Below are positions 11,854 to 21,048 of a stretch of DNA of 64,000 nucleotides, piece after piece (position 1 is the first letter of the stretch; each line of letters begins with the position of its first letter). Position numbers and translations under genes: made by a program. Below the pieces are notes generated by a model. The model ran no database searches and was not told the origin of the DNA. It saw only the letters and a list, made by a program, of their open reading frames with translations. The stretch comes from Cyanidioschyzon merolae. Taxonomy: Eukaryota. The DNA lies in NCBI GenBank assembly GCA_000091205.1, contig AP006501.2, one strand, 5' to 3'.

Positions 11854-12948
11854 ATGTCTTCCACTCACGCCAGCTTACAGGTTTCAGAGGATTCAGTGAA
11901 GAAGCCCCTGGTGGTGGAGCGTGGTAAAGATTGCGCCCCCTCAAGGCCGAGTCTCTGGAGGCGGCTCGTACAGCACGGCAGCGCAGAGTACGTCACCGTA
12001 GGGAGTATGTGTCTTAACTTTTTCTCCTCTACTTGTATTGTGGTCGCGAACAAGTACGCGATGGATTCCCTGGGTTTTCGTTATGGATCAACTCTTACGC
12101 TCTTTCACTTTATCTGTACCTCAGCGCTTCTATACGTCAGTTCGCGCTGTTTTGGCCTGTTTGAACGAAAGCCGTGCGAGCTCTACAAGGTGGCAAAGCT
12201 CGCTGCTGGCGCTGCGGGCTTTGTCGTGCTGACCAACCTCTCCCTTCAGTATAACTCTGTGGGCTTCTACCAAGTCATGAAAGTGATGACAACGCCGACA
12301 ATAGTCGTGATCGAGGCTCTCTTTTACCAGAAGCAACTGGAGAACCGGCTGAAGCTAGCACTGACCCCGGTCTGTCTCGGGGTGGTGCTGACGACCGCTA
12401 CGGACTTTCGACTCAACCTGCACGGGACGCTGATTGCCTCCGCTGGTGTTATTGTAACATCCTTGTACCAGATTTGGTCTGGAACGATGCAAAAGACGTT
12501 GCAGTTGGATGCCCTCCAATTGCAGTACTACACGTCGCCTATGAGTGCGCTTTTTCTGCTGCCTTTTGTACCGCTCATGGATAATTGGCGGCCTGGAAGT
12601 CCCGATAGCATCTTCGCCTATGCATTCACACCATATCGCCTGGGAGTGATTCTGATGACGGGCGTGCTGGCATTTCTCGTGAACATCAGCATCTTCATGG
12701 TCATCGGACGGACCAGCCCTGTCACCTATAATGTTCTTGGGCACGCGAAAACCGCAGTCATTATATCCAGCGATTTCCTCTTCTTTGGTCGTCCAAGAGA
12801 TCTCCGAAATTTCGCTGGCGTGCTGCTCACCATGATCGGTGTGGTCTGGTACACGCATTTGAAGCTCGAAGACCAGCGTTCTGACGCCAAGTCAAAGGTG
12901 AATGATTCATCTGGATCGATTTGCAAGGCGAGCACTGCGAGTCCATGA
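11854..12948 (+). CDS. nucleotide-sugar / triose-phosphate translocator family transporter (TPT, SLC35-like, DMT superfamily)
   Basis: The ATG start is verified at 11854. There are about ten hydrophobic helices. The run 'NKYAMDSLGFRYGSTLTLFHF ... VLTNLSLQYNSVGFYQVMKVMTTPTIVVIEALFYQKQ ... TSLYQIWSGTMQK' matches the TPT/EamA-type nucleotide-sugar transporter pattern. Confidence 0.7.
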   Translation: MSSTHASLQVSEDSVKKPLVVERGKDCAPSRPSLWRRLVQHGSAEYVTVGSMCLNFFSSTCIVVANKYAMDSLGFRYGSTLTLFHFICTSALLYVSSRCFGLFERKPCELYKVAKLAAGAAGFVVLTNLSLQYNSVGFYQVMKVMTTPTIVVIEALFYQKQLENRLKLALTPVCLGVVLTTATDFRLNLHGTLIASAGVIVTSLYQIWSGTMQKTLQLDALQLQYYTSPMSALFLLPFVPLMDNWRPGSPDSIFAYAFTPYRLGVILMTGVLAFLVNISIFMVIGRTSPVTYNVLGHAKTAVIISSDFLFFGRPRDLRNFAGVLLTMIGVVWYTHLKLEDQRSDAKSKVNDSSGSICKASTASP

Positions 12949-14289
12949 TTCCTCGCTGTGGGTGCGGATATCGCGGGGCAGGAGCAGTTGCGCGCTCCCC
13001 ACGAGATGGATCAGAGGTTTCTCGGCGGGCGCTGCACCATCCACAGCATATCTTCGTATTCGCCACAGCCGACACGCCCAGTCCTGATCGATAGATTCGT
13101 AAAACAGGTACTTGCCGGCCGGCTGTCTGCAGGAATCTCCGCATGTGTCACCGTTGACGAAGATGCAATCCTGCCTCCATCGGAAGCCGCGTATTGGCGG
13201 TTTAGCGATCTTCCTGTGACATAATTCGCTCGACGCTTCCGATGGGAGGCATCTCATATTTGAGACATCGGCAGTGCGAGACATTCCAGGCGAGGTAGCA
13301 TGCAAGCGCGTCTGCGCACTACTGTGCAGTCAAACCATGCGGTCGGTGCGGCTCATTACTGTCTACAACGAGCAGGTCATGATGGGAGAAATCGAGCCCT
13401 CAAGGCACCTCGGGCTGCTGGGTTTAAAGCCCGAAAATGAAGCCGGAGCCCCCGGGCCATCGCGCGACACAGCACTCCATATCGCCGCGCAGGCAAGGAT
13501 CATATTGTGCCTTGGGTTGCTCTGAATGCCGTCCGTATTCAGATCTCTGCAATCGACTAGACGAGCGCTGAATCCGCAGCTTACAGCCCAAGTCTGCGAG
13601 GTAAACAGTGGCTTTTCGATTGCCGCCCACCGCACCTGTGATCAGGATGCGCAACCGTTTGTATGATTGGCATCTGAGAGAAGGCGTCAAGAAGCGAGCC
13701 ATGCGCCCTGCTTGGCCGTCGTGCCATACTTCGACCAGGGCGCACAGGTCATTCACCAAAGGTGATGCATCAGCTGTGAGACATACCCAGCCATAACGAA
13801 TTTCTTTGGGCGCGGTTATAGCCGCCGGCAAGCGGTCTTCTAAAGGTGTCTTTCGCACACTCCCGCCGATGCACTCATCGCTTCGCGAATGGTAAACAGA
13901 GTCTGCATACCAACCACACGCAAAAGATCCAGTAATGAAGCGCTTCTAAATCGGGTCGTGCATCGGCATCGGAGACGCTGCACTAAGGATTCCCAACAAA
14001 GAAGCACTTCTGAGCTGGAGCGTGCACCGACATTAGAGAGGCTGCAACGGTAGCTTTCAAACATTTTGGGCATATGAACCGTTCCGAGTACATGCAGACA
14101 TTGCAGAACGGCCCCATCGCAATATGAATGCAATATGCAAGGCGGTACCCTAAAAACAGCCCGCTTCAGCGTCGATTGTGATACAGCGTCTCCTACGCAT
14201 AGGATCGCAAGTTTTCATCTGCTGAGACCGCATGCCGAATTCGCCGTCCACGCCGCCTTGAGATCCATTATGGGACACGATTCATGATG

Positions 14290-15363
14290 CTACGAAAAGA
14301 GGCGGCATAGGGCAGCTCGCTCAAGATTCGCTTCGATTGCCTTGGATGCCGACAGGTAGTACCATTCTTTCTTGCTCTGCCCAGTTAAGTAACTCTTTGC
14401 ATCTCCGTATTCAAAGAAATAAGGTGGCCAGAGCACTCTTGTAGTCGCCTTGTTATATATGACATCCACATCCGCGACGCCTCCCGATTGAATAACCTTG
14501 TTCACATCGATTGTGCTCAGACTCGCGTCCAGACGAAACCGCTGAAGAATCTGCTCTGCACCGAGCGCCGATATCGCGTATGCTGCAGTGCCATAAGTTA
14601 GATGCCGAATATGGGGCAGCACAAATCTCGCAGTACAATTGATGCCCAGAGTCTCGAGCTTGAGTTCCTCAGAATAGCCAGCACGCAGCAGAGACACCAG
14701 CTTCAATTCCATCTGTAAGACTGGTCGGTCTTTGGTACATGCTGCTGCAGCAAGATCGGCAACATTGCTTTCCCATAGCGGCAGAATTTCTAGCGAGGCG
14801 TCGTCTTCAAGTAAGAGCGCTGTTCGACAACCCGCACTGCGGACCCAGAGCAGTGCCAGTAAGTGCGAAACGGAGCACGCAACCTGCGCGTCTATTGACT
14901 CCAACTTGACCGGACCTGTGAACGCGAAGACGCGTTCCTGTCTTTCTGCCAAGGACCCAGTTTCGGCTATATCCCTTCGGTAAGCATCTTTCAGGTCCAC
15001 CTCTGAAACGCCTTGCAGGTGCAGCACGTTCGGCTGATGAGCGAACCATTGAACGACTTGCGCGAGCCCCGGGCTCCGTGGCGTCTTCTCGAGGCCTACG
15101 ACCACGAGACAGTGATCTTTTCTATCCAGCGATAGCTTTTCCAGAACCTGCTCCGTCAGTTCGTCACCTGTCTTCCAAAGGCGAAACGCGGGTTTCTCGA
15201 GTGCCGCGCTCACAGAAGGCAGCCGCCGCCGCTGCACGAAAAGGCGCCGGTGCAGCACCAGCGTTGCAGCGATGAGCACCAAGGCTACCAGAACAAGCAC
15301 CCGCAGGACCCGCCTCGATAACGGTCGACAGACAAGATATTCCATATTTTTGTCCTCACGCAT
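14290..15363 (-). CDS. type-II membrane protein, GT-A fold glycosyltransferase candidate (GT25-like); paralogue of 42001..43059
   Basis: An N-terminal signal-anchor ('VLRVLVLVALVLIAATLVL') is present. 'VACSVSHLLALLWVRSAGCRTALLLEDDASL' resembles the GT25 'GC..SH ... ILEDD' catalytic region with a DxD-like EDD. The protein shares PGLA(Q/K)VV(Q/E)WF, VSHLLAL, EDD.SL, LQ.ELKL, LNCT.R, GA.GAE.LL..F, IDV.KV and WPPY blocks with the ORF at 42001..43059. Confidence 0.45.
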   Translation of the reverse strand: MREDKNMEYLVCRPLSRRVLRVLVLVALVLIAATLVLHRRLFVQRRRLPSVSAALEKPAFRLWKTGDELTEQVLEKLSLDRKDHCLVVVGLEKTPRSPGLAQVVQWFAHQPNVLHLQGVSEVDLKDAYRRDIAETGSLAERQERVFAFTGPVKLESIDAQVACSVSHLLALLWVRSAGCRTALLLEDDASLEILPLWESNVADLAAAACTKDRPVLQMELKLVSLLRAGYSEELKLETLGINCTARFVLPHIRHLTYGTAAYAISALGAEQILQRFRLDASLSTIDVNKVIQSGGVADVDVIYNKATTRVLWPPYFFEYGDAKSYLTGQSKKEWYYLSASKAIEANLERAALCRLFS

Positions 15364-17195
15364 CCTACGAGCTCGGCGACCATACGCTCTGCAGCTTTCT
15401 TAGAGCCCTCCAAACTTCGGGGCTACACGTTTCGCACGCATGGCGCCGCACCGGACACGTGTCGCATTCTCATACGAATCGCCAGTGCTCGATGTCGAAT
15501 CGCCGACGGTGGCGTGTGCTGGGAAAGTGTCCATATGATACATGCTTGTTCTATCTTTGCCATTTATCTTCCTTGCGGGATGGATATTGATGTTCGGGCA
15601 TGCGTCCATCATGCTTCATGCTCCGTCCAAGTACCATAAACCAAACATTCTTTCGGATATACTGGTCATTCCGTATGTTCAATCGTGCACCAAGTGGCGG
15701 CCTTGCTGCGTCCCCAATAGCACCTGTACCGCTGGTACGGATCAAGTACGGAGACAGAACAGCTTTGCCACACCACTAAGAGCGTGGGCCCGAGGCCGAA
15801 TGTATTCGAAAACCGGGCCGGGATTCGTGATCATGCTGGGAGCCTGTAAGCTGCGCAGACAAAAACTACTGCCTGTGGCAGCGCGAAGCGATGTTGTACG
15901 GGTCCAATGCGACCTGGACGACGCCCAGACGCAGCCGATATGCTCCTAGTCCCAGACTAAACTGCGTTGCGGACGAGCTGCTCAGGTGTTACTCCAACGT
16001 CCGCCAATGGGGACGCACGAAGCGTTTGCCCAGCAGACTCGTCGAGCTCGCGGGACCTTCCGCCTACAAGGTAGACTTTAGAATTTACGGAAAACATTGC
16101 CCGCTTTCAACGCATACCGTTGAGGGGAAAGAAATCGTTATCTCATCGCTAGTTAGTGGTTCGTTTGTGTTCTTTACTATGAGGATCGTTCAACACCTCA
16201 TCCGTCGTCGATGCTTTCTTCGTGCCCTCTCCTTTGCACGAGAACAATGAATCTCCGAGCGGCATTCCAGATATCACTGCAGCGTGGCTGCTATCGCGAA
16301 GGTTCAGCACACTGTATCGGCCTTGTGTGACGTCTTGCGAACGTGCCCCTTGCGAAGGCGTGAGCAACGCAGGGTTGGGGCTCTAAATGCACTGAAAGAT
16401 GCAGCGATGGAAACTGGAGTGAGGGAGCTGAGCGACCGACCTCCCGTCGTACGTGGAACGTATTGAAACCCATCAAACAGAACGAAAGGGTAGCGTCGAA
16501 TGTGCGTGTGGTGGACATCGATGAATTGCGGACGTCGATCACGTGTTTTTGGTGCACAAGTTGCCTCCCGAAAATGACTGGGATGACGACGAGACTCATC
16601 ACCAACGACGCAACGAAAGAAAAAGATTGATGTCGTGTATTGCTCGGATCCCCAAAGTGCAGCTCCACTAGAGTGTCAGACGCCAGGGCAGAGGGTAATC
16701 TTCCAGCCGAGGCACCATATCAAACCGTGACAACAGTGGATGCTCCAGCACTTTGTAGCTGTTAAAGATCAGAATGAGAGGAGGTCAACAACCTGCATCG
16801 CTTCGTCGCACAAGAGAAATTAGAAATCCAAGCCCAGAGGGAAAAAGCTTATAATCCTCCCATACCAGAGTTCTTGATACGAGAGAATGGCTGTTGTGTC
16901 CTGGGTCTCGTACACAACGAGCATGATGTACTCTGATACAGCAATGAGACAGCATTGGTATCAGATCGTACGCAGAGCCTGGCGGAGGCACCCGCGAGCC
17001 GTCGCGAAGCGCAGCTCCTGATGCGCGCGTCGATGCTGCAATCTGAAAGCGGCGGCGGCATCGCGACGCTGCACCACAGAGACTGCTTCGAGACGTTCAT
17101 GCCTTACTGCTGTGATTCACGAGCGCTTCACCATAACCGTGCCTTACACTGCGGAAAACTTTTGGGACTCTTGTAAAGAGTGGTCTGGTTCCTAG

Positions 17196-18377
17196 ATGGT
17201 GCTAAATATACCTCGGCCGTTGAGCAAGGTTGCGGGTCCGCGGGAGATTGTTCGTCAGTTCGTGCCGAGCTGGTTTGCAGTGACCATGGGTACGGGGATC
17301 CTGGCGGTAGTCATTAAAGACTTCCCGTTCCAGTTTCCGCACCAAGACGACCTCGGCTGGGCGTATTGGTTCTTTAACGTCGGATTGTTTGGGATCTTTT
17401 CGATTCTCTTTCTGAGCCGATGGATTTTTTTCTTTAACGACGCCATCCCAATGTTCCATCATCCTGTTCAATCCATGTTTCTTGGCGCTATTCCAATGGG
17501 TCTTGCAACAATCGTTAACGGGTTGGTGCTCTTTGGCACGCCGCACTGGGGCAACAGTGCAACGATAGCGGCCATCGTGCTTTGGTTTGTGGATGTGGGC
17601 CTCGCGGTCCTTTGTGGGCTGCTTGTTCCGATATTCATGCTCACGACACATTCGCACGCTTTGGAAAGCATGAGCGCAGTCTGGCTTCTACCAGTGGTTC
17701 CTGGCGAAGTCGCAGCGGCCTCTGGAGGTCTCCTGCTCGCGGTCGTTCAGAACCAGCGGCTTGCTCAGAATATTGCGTTCATCAGCATGCTCTTATGGGG
17801 ATTTTCGGTCCCGCTCTCAATGAGCATTTTGGTGATATTCTTCTTGCGTCTCGTACTGCACAAGCTACCGCCATCAGATCTAATTATTAGTTGTCTCCTT
17901 CCGCTGGGCCCGATAGGTACCGGGGCGCTAGCTGCCACCGAACTGGGACTCTACGCGAAGCGCACCTTTGAGAACAGCGGTTATGGCGTCTCCGCGACAA
18001 CTTTCCAGAGCTTGGCCTCTGCCACCCCGGCAATTGCCATGTTCGTTGCTACTGCTTTGTGGGGCTATGGCGTCTGGTGGCTGGTGATTGCCATTTTTGC
18101 AATCGGGCACACGCTAAGAAACCGACTACCATTTAATCTGGGATGGTGGGGTTTGATCTTCCCTCTGGGCGTGTTCACTGCATCAACAGCAGATCTTTAC
18201 AAATTAACGGATTTCTATCTGTTTCGCATACCAGCAGCGGTGCTTATATGCATCCTATTCGTGCTGTGGTGGGTTGTTATGTTCCACACGGTGGTACGAG
18301 CTTATTCAGGGGAGTTATTTTATGCACCGTGCCTTGGACCACGACAGGCTTGTACGCAAAACGAGCTTGAGATTTGA
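17196..18377 (+). CDS. TDT-family transporter (tellurite-resistance / C4-dicarboxylate / Mae1 / SLAC1-like anion transporter)
   Basis: The ATG start is verified at 17196. There are ten predicted TM helices. 'FVPSWFAVTMGTGILAVVI' near the N-terminus and repeated 'WW..I.PLG' blocks are characteristic of the TehA/Mae1 family. Confidence 0.65.
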   Translation: MVLNIPRPLSKVAGPREIVRQFVPSWFAVTMGTGILAVVIKDFPFQFPHQDDLGWAYWFFNVGLFGIFSILFLSRWIFFFNDAIPMFHHPVQSMFLGAIPMGLATIVNGLVLFGTPHWGNSATIAAIVLWFVDVGLAVLCGLLVPIFMLTTHSHALESMSAVWLLPVVPGEVAAASGGLLLAVVQNQRLAQNIAFISMLLWGFSVPLSMSILVIFFLRLVLHKLPPSDLIISCLLPLGPIGTGALAATELGLYAKRTFENSGYGVSATTFQSLASATPAIAMFVATALWGYGVWWLVIAIFAIGHTLRNRLPFNLGWWGLIFPLGVFTASTADLYKLTDFYLFRIPAAVLICILFVLWWVVMFHTVVRAYSGELFYAPCLGPRQACTQNELEI

Positions 18378-19021
18378 GTGGGTCATCTATGAATAGTCAG
18401 CTGCAGTCGATAAAGTATCCACATTGTCGAAGTGAACTGGCAACACTTATGAATCTGCGGTTCAAGAAAATCAGTGCTGGATTTCAGGCCGCTCCAGCAG
18501 GTGCAAACCTTACCGTCCTTGACGCGGAAGCACGCGGCTGTCAGCGCTCCATATGCAGTCGTGCTCACAGAGTGCCGGATCAGGTAACTTGCGTAGTTAA
18601 ACAATTTAAATCAGTTCCGCATTCCAAGGTCCATGCAGAATGAACTAGAAGCATAAGGAATACACGCATACCCGAGCTCGCGAACTGGTGCGTGACTAGT
18701 TTGTTTACGACCAAGATGCATAACAAAACTACCATTAACTAGTTTTTTCCAGTGACAAACGTTTACTTAGGCCAGCGTTCTCCGAATATGCGCATTTTTT
18801 TCCATTGACAAAACTACCATTGACTAGTGGAATGCACGCCTCACTTGCCAACGCGCTGACCAGCGCTGATACCAGGACGCGCTGCTACGCAGCATCCGCT
18901 TCGGTGCTCCTAAACTTTAGGGCGATACTCCAGCGCTGTAGTGTTTGCTGGATCAGACCTGAATATGACTTAGTCAACTTTAAACGGTTCCTCTAGCGTC
19001 TTTCTCAATAGAGTTTTGAAG

Positions 19022-20308
19022 ATGCGGATCGCGAGAGGTGTTTTGTTCTGGCTGCTCTGTGTGAACTTTTGCTGGTGCCACTTATCCATCGGTGCGCTGC
19101 GGGCGGTACGAGCGATTTCCGTGTCTGAGGAAGTCTCGCTTCCAGGGTTTCGCCTCTTTCCTCGGGTTCCTCAGTCTGAGGCGAGTACTATTTTCTTTCG
19201 GGATCTGCTGCTCCCGAAAAAAACTTACAGTATCGACTGGAGCGCGGAAGCTTCGAGCCGATCGCTGACGAGTGGCTTGCGCAATGATAGAGGCACGTTT
19301 ACGACAAGCGAGGGAAACGTTACGTACGTGCAGACGTTGCGGGACGCTGACGGACACCTCTATGTGTGTCGTGTACCAGCAGATGAGCCTGCAACGCCCA
19401 ACAACGTTGAGACGGTATCCATGGATGTGGAATCGGAGCCTACCATCGATCTGGACGCGGCTCTGCAGAAACAGCTGAAGGACAAGTGCTTCTACCGGCA
19501 GGGAGGTTGGCGGGTGTTCGAGTTCTGTTTTCACAGGCACGTGCGCCATTTTCACTGGGAGAGACGGCGCTCGATGCCTGCAGAGCGCGAGCGAATTCGT
19601 GCGGAGATTGAACAACTTCTGAAGGAGCACGTTTTCCCCGAAGGCCCGAATGGCGAACCTGGTAGAAAACGTTTCCTGCGGCTGCTGATACAGGCTCAAC
19701 AAATACCACCTGACGGGAGCCTGAACCTCATCATCAAGGACGAGGTCTGCATGGGCATGTACGATGAAGCACTCGACCGCGAAAGGATACGTAACGGCAC
19801 GAATTTGATCACCAGTGGTGCCTTTTTCAGCGGGCGACGCTGGCAGGCACCCCCGCAAGCAACCAACGGTGCTGCGTCGCGCGTCGACCGTGGGTCGGAC
19901 GCTGAGTACCGCCTGGAATCCGATGGACGTGTGCTCCCAGTTGCAGGGGAAGGTATCGGAAGCGCCGTCGCTTACTTGGTGCAACCGTATACGAGAGACG
20001 GGGATCATTGCGACATAACAGGACGTCCACGCCGCACGATGGTACGCTACCGTTGCATTGAGGATGTTCCGCGGATTGCAATTTTCGATCCATCCCCCGT
20101 GGTAAGCTCGTTCATTGCCTCCGTGCATGAGCGAAGCACCTGCGAATACGACCTCGTTTTTGTGACGGATGCGGTCTGCTCACATCCAGCTTTTGTTTCA
20201 CCTGCACGCCATTCGGTGCCCGTTGTATGCGAACGCATGTCATCTGAGATGGAAGCGATAAACATTTCGCCGGGTAGCGCGCAGCATCCTGCTCTGCATC
20301 GTAGTTGA
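19022..20308 (+). CDS. OS9: OS-9/Yos9-like ER lectin with mannose-6-phosphate-receptor-homology (MRH) domain
   Basis: A signal peptide 'MRIARGVLFWLLCVNFCWC' opens the protein. The MRH hallmarks are 'CFYRQGGWRVFEFCFHRHVRHFHWE' (compare OS-9 'WWTYEFCYGRHIQQYH') and 'GDHCDITGRPRRTMVRYRCIEDV ... ERSTCEYDLVFVTDAVCSHPAF' (compare 'C.L.GRPR...V.F.C ... EPSTC.Y.L...TP.LC.HP'). The track start is TTG; the ATG is at 19022. Confidence 0.6.
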   Translation: MRIARGVLFWLLCVNFCWCHLSIGALRAVRAISVSEEVSLPGFRLFPRVPQSEASTIFFRDLLLPKKTYSIDWSAEASSRSLTSGLRNDRGTFTTSEGNVTYVQTLRDADGHLYVCRVPADEPATPNNVETVSMDVESEPTIDLDAALQKQLKDKCFYRQGGWRVFEFCFHRHVRHFHWERRRSMPAERERIRAEIEQLLKEHVFPEGPNGEPGRKRFLRLLIQAQQIPPDGSLNLIIKDEVCMGMYDEALDRERIRNGTNLITSGAFFSGRRWQAPPQATNGAASRVDRGSDAEYRLESDGRVLPVAGEGIGSAVAYLVQPYTRDGDHCDITGRPRRTMVRYRCIEDVPRIAIFDPSPVVSSFIASVHERSTCEYDLVFVTDAVCSHPAFVSPARHSVPVVCERMSSEMEAINISPGSAQHPALHRS

Positions 20309-21048
20309 CGATGGTGCTGCTATGAACGTGATTCCTTTCCAATTGCGAAGACATGGGGATGAAAGGGAGTCAAATGCATGTGCGTCTCTGGTACAATGAG
20401 GCGAGCTGAGCACTGCGACACGCTCTGCGGGTTGTGATGTTCATGGTTCCCGGCTACTGCCCGGCTAGGATCTAGGGTTCGCGTCGCCTCCAAGACTCGC
20501 CACTTCGGCAGAATCACTCATGGACAATGATCACCTGATGAAGATCGCATATTCGCTGGAGCATGCCTGACAGCTCTAGAGCCCGTCGATACGACGGGGG
20601 ATCGCCTACTCGACGGGCACATGCGATTGGAGCATTCTCCTCGAGCGGTATGCCTTCACTGGGATCCGCGCTTCGCTGCGACTTGTGAGTACAGCGCGAT
20701 ATCCAGCGGAATTGTTGGTCCTGTGTCGTTGCTCCGTAGGCGTCGGCGCTTTCGAATGCTTTGCGCTCTGGTGAGCAGTGGTTATCCATATGACCGAGTG
20801 CATCCGTTCATGCTGGAACCTGGAAGGCAAGCTGGGGTTTATCTGGATGTGGAGACGCTTTCATCGCTCCGGTAGCCTGGGCATCTCCTGGGATACGTCT
20901 GCAATCCATGCAACTGCTAGAAGAGCAACGTCTTTTACCGGATCTGGATGCGGCGACGCTGTCATAGCTGCGGGTACCCTGGCCATCTTCTGAGCTACAT
21001 TTGGACGGAGGCGCGGACTCATTTCATCAGAACACACGAAGCGCATCT

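Noticed and set aside
19082-20128. 348-aa ORF antisense to the OS-9-like gene. Similar long antisense ORFs occur at 21295..22173 (opposite the TrhO-OMT gene), 12355..12858 (opposite the transporter), 17202..17657 (opposite the TDT gene), and many opposite THADA such as 35515..35994.
   Set aside because: They have no recognisable domains. They lie entirely within strongly supported sense-strand genes. High GC content suppresses stop codons on the antisense strand.
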